Positions 38,409 through 51,619 of a DNA stretch of 64,000 bases are shown here, piece after piece. The notes under the pieces were generated by a model that was given only the letters and a program-made list of their open reading frames with translations, made no database searches and was not told the DNA's origin. The translations under genes were made by a program, and so were the position numbers. The DNA is taken from the NCBI GenBank assembly GCA_965235115.1, contig OZ249436.1, positions 43,712,001-43,776,000 of the forward strand, read 5' to 3'. Each line of letters starts with the position of its first letter. Within the stretch, counting starts at the first letter, position 1. Source of the DNA: Laetmonice hystrix. Lineage: Eukaryota.

Positions 38409-39194
38409 GTGAGTCCATATACCTACAGGCCTACACCTGCAGGCCTACACCTGCAGAGTTCGTACACCTACAGGCCTACACCTACAGAGTTCCGCTTGTT
38501 CAAACTTAACTTCTTGCATAACTTTAAGCAAGAGGTTTTGACAAACCTGGCCCAGGACTGATAGGTTTTCACGTCTCTCACCTCGTGCCATGACTCTCTG
38601 CACTCTCAGGTCCCTCGCCTCAGTCCGCATACTGCTATTACTGCAACTGCAAGTTTGACATTTTGATATTGATGTTGGGCTCAGATAATGTTATAAGGGT
38701 TGGTGGGTTTTGTTTTGTTAATTAACCTACTCCAAGTACATGTATCTGAAGATTGTATTAAGCTGCAATTTTGAAGCTGAGGGGACAATTCATCGGGTCA
38801 TGTCACAATTGTATTTTTGTATTTACATATCGTATTTATTTGAACACAGCCTGACAGTTGATCAGGATATTCCTATAAGGTCAGCTCAGTTCTTCAAATC
38901 ACATCAGGGAAAACAGTTTTCATTATCCCTCAAATCACAAAAGAACATGTTATCAATGTAAAGAAGTTGTGTACATTGAAGTATTTTGATGGTAGACAGG
39001 CAGGGGATAATCCTGGGTGGTATTTGAGTAATGTGACCTTACCAGGATTTCAAGTGGGGTTTAATCCATAAGGATAATCCTGGAAGGGATTACAATGTTG
39101 ACCTTGCATGAGTCCACCAGACGTCGCCACTATCGCCTCGCTCGCCCTCATCTCTTGATCTTGGCCTTGCGTGACCTGCATGATTTACTTCCAG

Positions 39195-39251
39195 GTCACA
39201 CTGAAGTGTCCCGCCGGAGTTGAGGCCCACCCTGACAGTGGCTCCAGTAAT
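39195..39251 (+). CDS. PDZD2: PDZD2-like small linker exon (symmetric phase 0-0, possibly a cassette exon)
   Basis: ttacttccag|GTC...AAT|gtgagt; 57 nt, VTLKCPAGVEAHPDSGSSN; strong splice sites and in frame with both neighbours. Confidence 0.7.
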
Positions 39252-39685
39252 GTGAGTTAAAGATTATGGTTATCTTCACTGGATCACAAACCTTCTGCCA
39301 TCTGCCTCTAGCTTTCTGCTGGCAACCAAGCTTCTTGAGTTACAACTTTCACAAGTTTTAATTTCAGATTGGTCCATAATCCGCTTGATGGGCCTGAAAT
39401 AAGGCCGAAGTAACAAATGGTTTATGAAATATTAACTAGTTAGATCATTTCCAGAGGGTATCGGTCGAAATCATGAATGAAGATTGATCCGTGATGTTGT
39501 ATTATTTAAATATTTTTTCATATTCCTATCACTAATCCGAACCGGAAGCCTAATCCATTTGTATTTTCTTAATTATATTGTCTTATACCATGAAGTTGAT
39601 GACCTAGGACCTGTATAACCAAGGAATCCAGGTCCGGCGGACCCCCATTCTGGCGGACTTACATTCCGTTCACACCTGGTTCCTC

Positions 39686-39809
39686 AAATCTTAAAATCTT
39701 ATTTAACTTTAGGCTTAACGCTGATTGGCTGGTCTAAGGAGACCAGCCAATCAGAAGCGTTAAGCCTAAACTTAAGTAAGATCTTAAGATTTTTATAGTA
39801 ACCGGGCTC
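39686..39809. mobile_element. Palindromic MITE fragment, Harbinger-like
   Basis: Long imperfect hairpin centred on ctgattggctggtct-aagg-agaccagccaatcag; right end taaccgggctcag; left end truncated. Confidence 0.6.
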
Positions 39810-39936
39810 AGGTTTACATTTAATACGCAAATTATACTGAAAGTAAAAATTGATACAAATGTCCATCCTCCGTGAAATCGGCACCTTGAGCCGAAATACC
39901 AGATCACACCCTGACACGATTAAACTTGACCTTCAG

Positions 39937-40183
39937 GGCAGCGTCTCCCCTGACCTTGCGACCTTCAATCCTGACTCGGCCGTACCCTTGGATGCCACCC
40001 GAGGTCGGAGGGTACCACGGTACGGTCCACCGGCCACAGTTACCCTCGAGAAGTCGGCCGGGGGTAAGGGGCTGGGGTTCAGTCTGGTGGGCGGAGCTGA
40101 CTCGGCCCGCGGACAGATGGGATTCTTCGTACGGACTGTATTCGCGAACGGCATCGCGGCGGAGAGTGGCCAGCTCCGGGAAG
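39937..40183 (+). CDS. PDZD2: PDZD2-like exon, linker plus N-terminal part of PDZ-b
   Basis: cttcag|GGC...GAA G|gtgagt; ...[48 protein letters not shown](G). From memory of the family, this resembles the PDZD2/pro-IL-16 PDZ with KGLGFS.GG.D..RG.MG.FV.T.F.NG. Confidence 0.93.
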
Positions 40184-40207
40184 GTGAGTACAGCCAGAGA
40201 AACTTAA

Positions 40208-40420
40208 GGGCTGTTTCCACTAAGGCGATTGCCCTTGCGACGTCCATGCGAATTTTGATTTAATGGTGGAATTCCCCTCTGAAATATTTCCTGGCTAGCC
40301 TTCCCTGTTTAAGGAAATGGGTTCCATCCTTTAATCTCAAAATCGCAGTAAAATAAAAGGGTGAATGATGTCAAAATCGCATGGATGTCGGAAGGAAAAT
40401 CGCCTTAGTGGAAACATCCC
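40208..40420. mobile_element. PIF/Harbinger-like MITE
   Basis: About 50-bp imperfect TIRs gggctgtttccactaaggcgatt... / ...aatcgccttagtggaaacatccc; 3-bp flanks taa/cag are not identical; sits 24 nt after the donor of exon 39937. Confidence 0.75.
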
Positions 40421-40481
40421 CAGTCATTTCCTGAGGATGTTACTGTGGGGAATGGTGCCAAAGTTTGGTGGTATCTCCGAG

Positions 40482-41021
40482 CTCTGAGCACAAACATTCC
40501 TGGTATGATGGCGCGTTGTTCAGTGAGAATGATATCTGTGTACTCTGAGCACAAACATTCCTAACCTGAACGAAACGTTTTCTCGGTATTGTGGAGCGTT
40601 GTTCAGTGAGAATGATATCTGTGTGCTCCGAGCACAAACATTCCTAACCTGAACGAAACGTTTTCTCGGTATTGTGGAGCGTTGTTCAGTGAGAATGATA
40701 TCTGTGTACTCCGAGCACAAACATTCCTAACCTGAACGAAACGTTTTCTCGGTATTGTGGAGCGTTGTTCAGTGAGAATGATATCTGTGTACTCCGAGCA
40801 CAAACATTCCTAACCTGAACGAAACGTTTTCTCGGTATTGTGGAGCGTTGTTCAGTGAGAATGATATCTGTGTACTCCGAGCACAAACATTCCTAACCTG
40901 AACGAAACGTTTTCTCGGTATTGTGGAGCGTTGTTCAGTGAGAATGATATCTGTGTGCTTGGAGCACAAACTTTCCTAACCTGAACGAAACGTTTCTCGG
41001 TATTGTGGAGCGTTGTTCAGT
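40482..41021. repeat. 83-bp tandem repeat, about 6.5 copies
   Basis: gagcacaaacattcctaacctgaacg...atctgtgtactcc. Confidence 0.96.
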
Positions 41022-41583
41022 TTGATGACTGTGTGTCAGGCCTCAGTGAGAATGAGAACAACTGAACGGGTCGTTGATACATGTAGCGTGTTGCAAAGGT
41101 ATTTTTTGTTCACGTGTCAGTTAACTTTTGTCGTGGGAAGATTTATATGTAATCATGTATACATTGAACTGTGTTGAATTTTGTTATGTTCTGCAACGAT
41201 GGCTAGACAACTAGTGGCGGTCGCTAAGTGTTTATTACTTACGAGTTGTTTTTATGAATGACTTGGTGAAATATCTTTACAGCAGTCAGGAAATACGCTT
41301 TTCTTACATCATAGACCTGAGTCTATGCTTACGTTCAATATATATCTTGTATCTTCATTTTAATAAATTGATAAAGTAGAAAGTAATTCTGTGACCGGTC
41401 GGTCAGCCTCTGATTGTTTATTACCCCAAAGAAATCATCACTTAGACAAATCGTCAAACCCGGACGGGAATTAGTCGGCTCGCAGACAACTCCACATTAA
41501 CAATAGAAAGGTGTGACAACAACGAACACACCTGAGTAGGTTTGAAGTATGTCCTCTACTTGAACTTGACCTTCCGTGTGCAG

Positions 41584-41719
41584 GAGACGAGATAATGGCA
41601 GTGAACGAGGAATCTCTGTCTGGGCTCACCCACCAACAGGCCATCGTCAAGTTCAGACAACTTAAACATGGCACCATTAGACTCTGGGTCAAAGGTAGGA
41701 TACCCAGCCCCAAGCCAAG
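41584..41719 (+). CDS. PDZD2: PDZD2-like exon, C-terminal part of PDZ-b
   Basis: gtgtgcag|GA GAC...CCA AG|gtaagc; (G)DEIMAVNEESLSGLTHQQAIVKFRQLKHGTIRLWVKGRIPSPKP; phase 1 in, phase 2 out. Confidence 0.93.
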
Positions 41720-42350
41720 GTAAGCCCTCTCAAACTAACTTACTTCTATCACTTTTCTTGTTTGTGGGGAAAAGACGGATAAGGTTTTATAAATCTGTGT
41801 TGGAAAATCATTCAAAAATTGTATTTTTAAAAAAGATAGACCAGTTAAGATGCAAAAACGGGCCTTAAGCGCACCACCGAAAATTGTTTATTTCACAGCT
41901 TTCAGAAGATTCTGGGTTCCATGTCAAACTGAGTTTCTTCGCTCATTTTATTTCTTCTTTAATCGTTGGACTTGCTCGGGGTGGAAGGGAAAGATGGTGA
42001 TAGAAAAATGGAGCGTTTGACATCTGAGTTGTTCCCATGAAGAGGTTTAATTACATGATGAATGATGAATAAATAAAACGAGAATGGTTTCATTATGAAC
42101 ACCGTTCAGTTGAGAGAGTTTTATTGTAATTTCATGCGTTATAAACTGTTCCAAGGAAAGCGGGTTGACATGCATGATTTATGTGAATGTCAGGCACAAA
42201 ATAAATAAAAATCGCTACTTTCAAGATTTAGTATCTCCGCCGCTAATAAAGGACATCTGTGGGGGCAGGCATGGTCAATAAAACCTGAAAATGTTAATAA
42301 ATAACGTAAAGTAAGTTTTATTAAGTTTACTGCAGAAAGAGGGACGCAAT

Positions 42351-42640
42351 TATTTATTATAAAATGTGTCAAAGGACAGTTGTCCACATCAGGATTTATT
42401 ATAAAATGTGTCAAAGGACTGTTGTCCACATCAGGATTTATTATAAAATGTGTCAAAGGACAGTTGTCCACATCAGGATTTAGTATAAAATGTGTCAAAC
42501 CACAGTTGTCCACATCAGGATTTAGTATAAAATGTGTCAAACCACAGTTGTCCACATCAGGATTTAGTATAAAATGTGTCAAAGGACAGTTGTCCACATC
42601 AGGATTTATTATAAAATGTGTCAAAGGAAAGTTGTCCACA
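42351..42640. repeat. 42-bp tandem repeat, 7 copies
   Basis: atttattataaaatgtgtcaaaggacagttgtccacatcagg. Confidence 0.95.
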
Positions 42641-43560
42641 GAAGGTGAGCCATGATTGCAGACCCTGGAGGGAGTATGGTACAATTATAGTACCCGGTAT
42701 AAGTTGTCGGACACGCTTAGGTAGGCTATTATTGATCAACATGACCTTAGTTGACCCGCCATATCTTTACGTTAATTAAGAAACAGTTCAAATAGGAACT
42801 TAGATATATGCTAAGCGAAACGTATATGAATATATGCATGTTATTGTGTTGAGTCGTGCATGTCATCATTGTTAAATGCTCAGCTATTATAGACTCAAGG
42901 AAGCATGGACTGTCAACATTTTGTGACATTTATATCGCGGTAGACAGGGATGGTCACATGGTTTCAGTGAATATTAAACTCGTCCCAAAGTTCGCTGACT
43001 GAACGGTCCTGAAGTCTGTTCGTACGTACGTAACATATGACACGTGTGTCTGTCAGAAAAAAATAGAAGTAGGTCGTTAGGTCAGGTCAATTAGCTGTCG
43101 TCATTAACACGTTTATATGTCATGGGTTGTGTGTGTTGTGTGTGTGAGGGAGACATGATTAATGAGGACACCTGACCTTCCTGCATGGCTCACACAGTCC
43201 GTCATAACGCACACACGGTATGCACACGGTGTGAGTGTAACAGTTGTTACTGACACCTCCTGGACTGGTTTGTTTCGAACATTTACTCAGGTATCAGCTC
43301 AACTCGGATGCTGTCTGCGGTTGAAGGCAAAATGTCCCTCCTTATTTTTAATTTTTAATTTTTTGTTTCTTTATTAATTAAACATTAGGATCACTTTATT
43401 CTTTTTACCATTTTTAGAAATGTTTTTGTAGGCAAAGAACCATAGGAGAGGGTCAAATCCCATAAATACATGTTTTATCTCTCGCCATCTTCTCTGGTTA
43501 TCCTCATTAAGATCTATCATTGATACGGTATGCAAAACGCACTGAAATCCGTTACCACTG

Positions 43561-43688
43561 CAGGGCCGTAGACCGGCAGAAAGTTAGTAGGCAGTTTGAT
43601 ACGATAAGAAGGGGCACGTGCCATTAATAGCCTATTACTACCAGGGACCCCCCCCCCCCTCCCCCAACCTCTGCTCGCTACGGCCCTG
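43561..43688. mobile_element. hAT-like MITE with 5-bp TSD; right end plus TSD duplicated at 43694-43761
   Basis: TIRs cagggccgtag / ctacggccctg; exact TSD cactg. Confidence 0.88.
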
Positions 43689-44705
43689 CACTGATACTAC
43701 TAGGGACCAACTCCCCCCCCCCCCCCCTCCCCCAACCTCTGCTCGCTACGGCCCTGCACTGAAAGACATGATTTGTGTCGTGTTACTGGTATGTATAAAA
43801 CCCGGCTGGTGGCGCCCCCTGGTGGAGACCACGCGGACGCCGGGATGGGGGCGGGGTGGTGAGGGTTGGGGTGGGGGTGGGGGGTAACTGTGCGGCGTCT
43901 CCGCAATCATCATACGGTACATTATTCGTTACGGCAGGGAGCACTGTAAAGACATTCTCATACTGTTTCCTGGGTCATTAAGGTTTGGCGGGGGCAGACA
44001 AGCTGGGGCCTCCGACAATGGATGGGTTAATATATAAATAAGGGCTGGAGGCAAGAAAAAATCTTTTCTTGGTCGAGAGTAATGCCCGAATTTACAACAC
44101 AATGTACACACATGACCCGACTGCGTCAAGATCTACTATATGAAGACATTTAGAACCTCGAGCTGACAGAGAATATTGATGACTCCCAAAATGTTCTCTG
44201 AAAGAACACAATTACAAAGGTGGTCATTTGGGGAAGACGTAAATCGTTGACATTCAGTCCCTCTGAATGATGTCACTTAGGCCTGCAGCATGACGTCTGT
44301 ATACAGTCCCAACGTTTTGTTGGAATGTTGCCGCATTGGTTGAGTATTATTTCAGAGAGAAATAACTCCTGGGTAAGTTTATACATTTTTACTATTGATG
44401 ACCCTTCCACTTGTAAAGGTAGCTTACTTCACAGAACGATTTTTGTCAACCTCGGGAGCACTTTTCTGCAATGGAAGACAGTTCAGAGGAACACTACAGA
44501 GGTGTCGGTAGTTGTCCGTTTGTAAAACGTTGTACCATAAACATCATATTTGTTATAAAATAAGAAGAATAGAATAATCCCTATGTGCTATCTGTGGAAT
44601 CATGTCGATGGATGGAATGACACATAAAACTTCATTTCTTGAAGTGACCAGGAAGTCCTATTATTGAATAATTCAACTCTCTTTCGTCCCTTTGACTGTT
44701 CTTGT

Positions 44706-45539
44706 ATACCAGTCGGTGTACACATTGAGCTCTTGTATAGATGGTCTGACTACATGATTTCTGTCGCTGTATGTCACTGCCATGGGGCATGCATCAAGTG
44801 TTCCATAGAAACCAGTGTTTCCAGATTCCAGTCGGTGTGGACACATTGAGCTCTTGTATAGATGGTCTGACTACATGATTTCTGTCGCTGTATGTCACTG
44901 CCATGGGGCATGCATCAAGTGTTCAATAGAAACCAGTGTTTCCAGATTCCAGTCGGTGTGTACACATTGCGCTCTTGTATAGATGGTCTGACTACATGAT
45001 TTCTGTCGCTGTATGTCACTGCCATGGGGCATGCATCAAGTGTTCAATAGAAACCAGTGTTTCCAGATACCAGTCGGTGTACATTGAACTCTTGTATAGA
45101 TGGTCTGACTACATGATTTCTGTCGCTGTATGTCACTGCCATGGGGCATGCATCAAGTGTTCCATAGAAACCAGTGTTTCCAGATACCAGTCGGTGTACA
45201 TTGAGCTCTGGTATAGATGGTCTGACTACATGATTTCTGTCGCTGTATGTCACTGCCATGGGGCATGCATCAAGTGTTCCATAGAAACCAGTGTTTCCAG
45301 ATACCAGTCGGTGTACACATTGAACTCTTGTATAGATGGTCTGACTACATGATTTCTGTCGCTGTATGTCACTGCCATGGGGCATGCATCAAGTGTTCAA
45401 TAGAAACCAGTGTTTCCAGATACCAGTCGGTGTACACATTGAGCTCTTGTATAGATGGTCTGACTACATGATTTCTGTCGCTGTATGTCACTGCCATGGG
45501 GCATGCATCAAGTGTTCAATAGAAACCAGTGTTTCCAGA
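44706..45539. repeat. 117-120-bp tandem repeat, 7 copies
   Basis: ataccagtcggtgtacacattgagctc...gtgtttccag. Confidence 0.96.
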
Positions 45540-46287
45540 AATTATCCTCATTAGACAAGAACCCCCGTGGCAATAATCCACCTTTAGAAAAACGTTGTTC
45601 GGGGAAGGAAGGAGAACATTTAGAGAGGGACAGGGTGACACTAGAAGTAGATGACCCCGGAGTTTGCTAATCGGTACTGGATTATTGTTCATTGTCACGC
45701 CAACGATCTGTGGGCATAGCGGTCGGGCTCACAAAGATCATTAATCATGTAAGCTATGTCGCTTAAGAGTTAACACACATGGCTCCATGTACATAAGTGG
45801 CCGAGGATTATGCATGCCTGAGATAGGACAGTGGCGTTAGATGATGTCGTATAGGCCTGCGAGGGGGGCAGAGTCAGACGATCCCGACATTTAACAAGTC
45901 ACACGTCATGACATGTCCGATACAGAAGTGGTTATTCAGCACCAAGATAGGAACTGTGAAATCTAAAAGGTAGGACACAACGTGAGTGGTAGACCGGAAT
46001 ATTTAATGAGGACCACAAATCGTTCTGTCTGTCCACACATACCGGCAGGATGTCTATGTATAATGACATAAGGTTTGGAGTGGTGGTTGGAACAGCTGGC
46101 GCCACCAAACAGTAGCGGAGTGAACTAACAATCGCCATCTTCCAGTTGGTGCCAACAGTAGGCTGGTAATTCATTCATAGAACAAAATGAAGTTTGAAAC
46201 ATTTGGGAAACAGGTTGAGGGGGGCATCATGTGATGTTTATTCAGCCCAGGTTAACCACAGATCAGGGTGGCAGCACAGTTAGGGAG

Positions 46288-48018
46288 AACTTGGTACTTG
46301 AGTGGTTGAGCTATACGGTCCGAGAGTTTGATGAAATCGGTGTGTGCAGTAAACTTGGTACTTGAGTGGTTGAGCTATACGGTCCGAGAGTTTGATGAAA
46401 TCGTTGTGTGCAGTAAACTTGGTACTTGAGTGGTTGAGCTATACGGTCCGAGAGTTTGATGAAATCGTTGTGTGCAGTAAACTTGGTACTTGGGTGGTTG
46501 AGGTATACGGTCCGAGAGTTTGATGAAATCGTTGTGTGCAGTAAACTTGGTACTTGAGTGGTTGTGCTATACGGTCCGAGAGTTTGATGAAATCGGTGTG
46601 TGCAGTAAACTTGGTACTTGAGTGGTTGTGCTATACGGTCCGAGAGTTTGATGAAATCGTTGTGTGCAGTAAACTTGGTACTTGAGTGGTTGAGCTATAC
46701 GGTCCAAGAGTTTGATGAAATCGTTGTGTGCAGTAAACTTGGTACTTGGGTGGTTGAGGTATACGGTCCGAGAGTTTGATGAAATCGTTGTGTGCAGTAA
46801 ACTTGGTACTTGAGTGGTTGTGCTATACGGTCCGAGAGTTTGATGAAATCGGTGTGTGCAGTAAACTTGGTACTTGAGTGGTTGTGCTATACGGTCCGAG
46901 AGTTTGATGAAATCGTTGTGTGCAGTAAACTTGGTACTTGAGTGGTTGAGCTATACGGTCCGAGAGTTTGATGAAATCGTTGTGTGCAGTAAACTTGGTA
47001 CTTGAGTGGTTGAGGTATACGGTCCGAGAGTTTGATGAAATCGGTGTGTGCAGTAAACTTGGTACTTGAGTGGTTGAGGTATACGGTCCGAGAGTTTGAT
47101 GAAATCGTTGTGTGCAGTAAACTTGGTACTTGAGTGGTTGAGCTATACGGTCCGAGAGTTTGATGAAATCGTTGTGTGCAGTAAACTTGGTACTTGAGTG
47201 GTTGAGCTATACGGTCTGAGAGTTTGATGAAATCGGTGTGTGCAGTAAACTTGGTACTTGAGTGGTTGAGCTATACGGTCCGAGAGTTTGATGAAATCGT
47301 TGTGTGCAGTAAACTTGGTACTTGAGTGGTTGAGGTATACGGTCCGAGAGTTTGATGAAATCGTTGTGTGCAGTAAACTTGGTACTTGAGTGGTTGAACT
47401 ATACGGTCCGAGAGTTTGATGAAATCGTTGTGTGCAGTAAACTTGGTACTTGAGTGGTTGAGCTATACGGTCCGAGAGTTTGATGAAATCGTTGTGTGCA
47501 GTAAACTTGGTACTTGAGTGGTTGAGCTATACGGTCCGAGAGTTTGATGAAATCGTTGTGTGCAGTAAACTTGGTACTTGGGTGGTTGAGCTATATGGTC
47601 CGAGAGTTTGATGAAATCGTTGTGTGCAGTAAACTTGGTACTTGAGTGGTTGAGCTATACGGTCCGAGAGTTTGATGAAATCGTTGTGTGCAGTAAACTT
47701 GGTACTTGAGTGGTTGAACTATACGGTCCGAGAGTTTGATGAAATCGTTGTGTGCAGTAAACTTGGTACTTGGGTGGTTGAACTATACGGTCCGAGAGTT
47801 TGATGAAATCGGTGTGTGCAGTAAACTTGGTACTTGAGTGGTTGAACTATACGGTCCGAGAGTTTGATGAAATCGTTGTGTGCAGTAAACTTGGTACTTG
47901 AGTGGTTGAACTATACGGTCCGAGAGTTTGATGAAATCGTTGTGTGCAGTAAACTTGATACTTGAGTGGTTGAGCTATACGGTCCGAGAGTTTGATGAAA
48001 TCGGTGTGTGCAGTAAAC
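46288..48018. repeat. 64-bp minisatellite, 27 copies
   Basis: aacttggtacttgagtggttgagctatacggtccgagagtttgatgaaatcgttgtgtgcagta. Confidence 0.97.
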
Positions 48019-48250
48019 CGTGGGTAATCTTTTCGATGAATTTATTCTTAGGTTACCAGACGTGCACCGGAAACAAATATTATGGTGAAAGGTGAGATTG
48101 AGAAGGAAGTGTGAATGCCATTAACCCATCAGTTTTATTATCTCATTTATCTCTCGGTTCTGTGTGTAAGCCTGGTGTAAGAGCTGAGGGTAAAGGTAAT
48201 TATGTGTAACGTAATGATAAAAATACCTGGCCTTTTGATAGAGGGAAGAT

Positions 48251-49342
48251 TGGTTATACGCCGGTCTGTGTGTATCTAGGAGTGACAATTAACGGATTTG
48301 TTACTGTAACATGGAGAAAGAGACACCAAAGTACAGTGTATACTCTAGAGGGGAGACGTGACTGGTTATACGCCGGTCTGTGTGTATCTAGGAGTGACAA
48401 TTAGCGGATTTGTTACTGTAACATGGAGAAAGAGACACCAAAGTCCAGTGTATACTCTAGAGGGGAGACGTGACTGGTTATACGCCGGTCTGTGTGTATC
48501 TAGGAGTGACAATTAACGGATTTGTTACTGTAACATGGAGAAAGAGACACCAAAGTACAGTGTATACTCTAGAGGGGAGACGTGACTGGTTATACGCCGG
48601 TCTGTGTGTATCTAGGAGTGACAATTAGCGGATTTGTTACTGTAACATGGAGAAAGAGACACCAAAGTCCAGTGTATACTCTAGAGGGGAGACGTGACTG
48701 GTTATACGCCGGTCTGTGTGTATCTAGGAGTGACAATTAGCGGATTTGTTACTGTAACGTGGAGAAAGAGACACCAAAGTACAGTGTATACTCTAGAGGG
48801 CAGACGTGACTGGTTATACGCCGGTCTGTGTGTATCTAGGAGTGACAATTAGCGGATTTGTTACTGTAACATGGAGAAAGAGACACCAAAGTACAGTGTA
48901 TACTCTAGAGGGGAGACGTGACTGGTTATACGCCGGTCTGTGTGTATCTAGGAGTGACAATTAACGGATTTGTTACTGTAACATGGAGAAAGAGACACCA
49001 AAGTACAGTGTATACTCTAGAGGGGAGACGTGACTGGTTATACGCCGGTCTGTGTGTATCTAGAGTGACAATTAACGGATTTGTTACTGTAACATGGAGA
49101 AAGAGACACTAAAGTACAGTGTATACTCTAGAGGGGAGACGTGACTGGTTATACGCCGGTCTGTGTGTATCTAGGAGTGACAATTAGCGGATTTGTTACT
49201 GTAACATGGAGAAAGAGACACCAAAGTACAGTGTATACTCTAGAGGGAAGACGTGACTGGTTATACGCCGGTCTGTGTGTATCTAGGAGTGACAATTAGC
49301 GGATTTGTTATTGTAACATGGAGAAAGAGACACCAAAGTACA
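48251..49342. repeat. 112-bp tandem repeat, about 10 copies, followed by (CT)n at 49358-49448
   Basis: tggttatacgccgg recurs every 112 nt. Confidence 0.97.
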
Positions 49343-49355
49343 AATATATTCTTTA

Positions 49356-49423
<68 letters not shown>

Positions 49424-49676
49424 TTCTCTCTCTCTCTCTCTTTCTCTCGCAGCGCAAATTATAGTCTTCTCCGTCTATATACCTACATGTATATGATCTA
49501 TATATACATGAATGTACCTAACTAAAATCGAAATCCTAGATTGTGTTTTTGACCTGAGTCTATTAATAGCGTAGGATGGGACAAGCGTAGACCATGTCTA
49601 CACCACCAATTATAGGTAGATTTACACCCGCAGGTATACGTACACCTGTATCAACACTATCATTAGTCATTCAAGG

Positions 49677-50689
49677 AAACTCACTGTGTTTGTGGGGTTG
49701 GTGGTACACGTAGGCCTAGTCATCTACTCTGTAAAACTCGCTGTGTTTGTGGGGTTGGTGGTACACGTAGGCCTAGTCATCTACTCTGTAAAACTCGCCG
49801 TGTTTGTGGGGTTGGTGGTACACGTAGGCCTAGTCATCTACTCTGTAAAACTCGCCGTGTTTGTGGGGTTGGTGGTACACGTAGGCCTAGTCATCTACTC
49901 TGTAAAACTAGCTGTGTTTGTGGGGTTGGTGGTACACGTAGGCCTAGTCATCTACTCTGTAAAACTCGCTGTGTTTGTGGGGTTGGTGGTACACGTAGGC
50001 CTAGTCATCTACTCTGTAAAACTCGCTGTGTTTGTGGGGTTGGTGGTACACGTAGGCCTAGTCATCTACTCTGTAAAACTCGCTGTGTTTGTGGGGTTGG
50101 TGGTACACGTAGGCCTAGTCATCTACTCCGTAAAACTCGCTGTGTTTGTGGGGTTGGTGGTACACGTAGGCCTAGTCATCTACTCTGTAAAACTAGCTGT
50201 GTTTGTGGGGTTGGTGGTACACGTAGGCCTAGTCATCTACTCTGTAAAACTCGCCGTGTTTGTGGGGTTGGTGGTACACGTAGGCCTAGTCATCTACTCT
50301 GTTAAACTCGCTGTGTTTGTGGGGTTGGTGGTACACGTAGGCCTAGTCATCTACTCCGTAAAACTCGCTGTGTTTGTGGGGTTGGTGGTACACGTAGGCC
50401 TAGTCATCTACTCTGTTAAACTCGCTGTGTTTGTGGGGTTGGTGGTACACGTAGGCCTAGTCATCTACTCTGTAAAACTCGCTGTGTTTGTGGGGTTGGT
50501 GGTACACGTAGGCCTAGTCATCTACTCTGTTAAACTCGTTGTGTTTGTGGGGTTGGTGATACACGTAGGCCTAGTCATCTACTCTGTAAAACTCGCTGTG
50601 TTTGTGGGGTTGGTGGTACACGTAGGCCTAGTCATCTACTCTGTTAAACTCGCTGTGTTTGTGGGGTTGGTGGTACACGTAGCCCTAGT
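49677..50689. repeat. 57-bp minisatellite, about 18 copies
   Basis: aaactcgctgtgtttgtggggttggtggtacacgtaggcctagtcatctactctgta. Confidence 0.97.
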
Positions 50690-50970
50690 GTAGCCCTTTT
50701 TATTATCACAGGTGATATAGGAAGTGCAATGTAGGCATATAGCAGAGAAATACATCCCTGGTCCAGCCCAGGTGCACTTACAAGTCACTCTACATAAGTT
50801 AATATTCAGAGAATAGAGGCTATGCTGGTACAGATTCTCCTTTAGACCCAGTAGATCGCCAGATATCGCATCACAATTTATGTTATTATGATATTTTATA
50901 CAAACATACACGAAGGTCTCCGAGACATTCGTCCTCATATATGTACAATAAACTCGGTATATACCTATAC

Positions 50971-51614
50971 TGGACCTATAGTATAGGGAGAACTGTTATA
51001 ATTAATATCTCGTCAAGTGGAGAGCTGTTATTCTCGTGAGGTCAACCTGGACCTATAGTACAGGGAGAACTGTTATCACTAATATCTCGTCAAGTCAACC
51101 AGGACCTATAGTACAGGGAGAACTGTTATAATTATTATCTCGTCAAGTCAACCTAGACCTATAGTATAGGGAGAACTGTTATACTGTAATATCTCGTCAG
51201 GTCAGCCTAGACCTGTAGTATAGGGAGAACTGTTATACTGTAACATCTCGTCAAGTCAACCTGAACCTATAGTATAGGGAGAACTGTTATAATTATTATC
51301 TCGTCAAGTCAACCTGGACCTATAGTATAGGGAGAACTGTTATTCTGTAATATCTCGTCAAGTCAACCTAGACCTGTAGTATAGGGAGAACTGTTATAAT
51401 TATTATCTCGTCAAGTCAACCTAGACCTGTAGTATAGGGAGAACTGTTATAATTATTATCTCGTCAAGTCAACCTGGACCTATAGTATAGGGAGAACTGT
51501 TATTCTGTAATATCTCGTCAAGTCAACCTAGACCTGTAGTATAGGGAGAACTGTTATACTGTAATATCTCGTCAAGTCAACCTAGACCTGTAGTATAGGG
51601 AGAACTATTATACT
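50971..51614. repeat. 53/54-bp minisatellite, about 12 copies, ending 5 nt before exon 51620
   Basis: ggacctatagtatagggagaactgttataattattatctcgtcaagtcaacct; the last partial unit reads gggagaactattatact-ttcag. Confidence 0.95.
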
Positions 51615-51619
51615 TTCAG

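Noticed and set aside
49686..50693. 335-aa hydrophobic ORF resembling a membrane protein
   Set aside because: Translation of a 57-bp tandem repeat inside the intron between two phase-matched exons.
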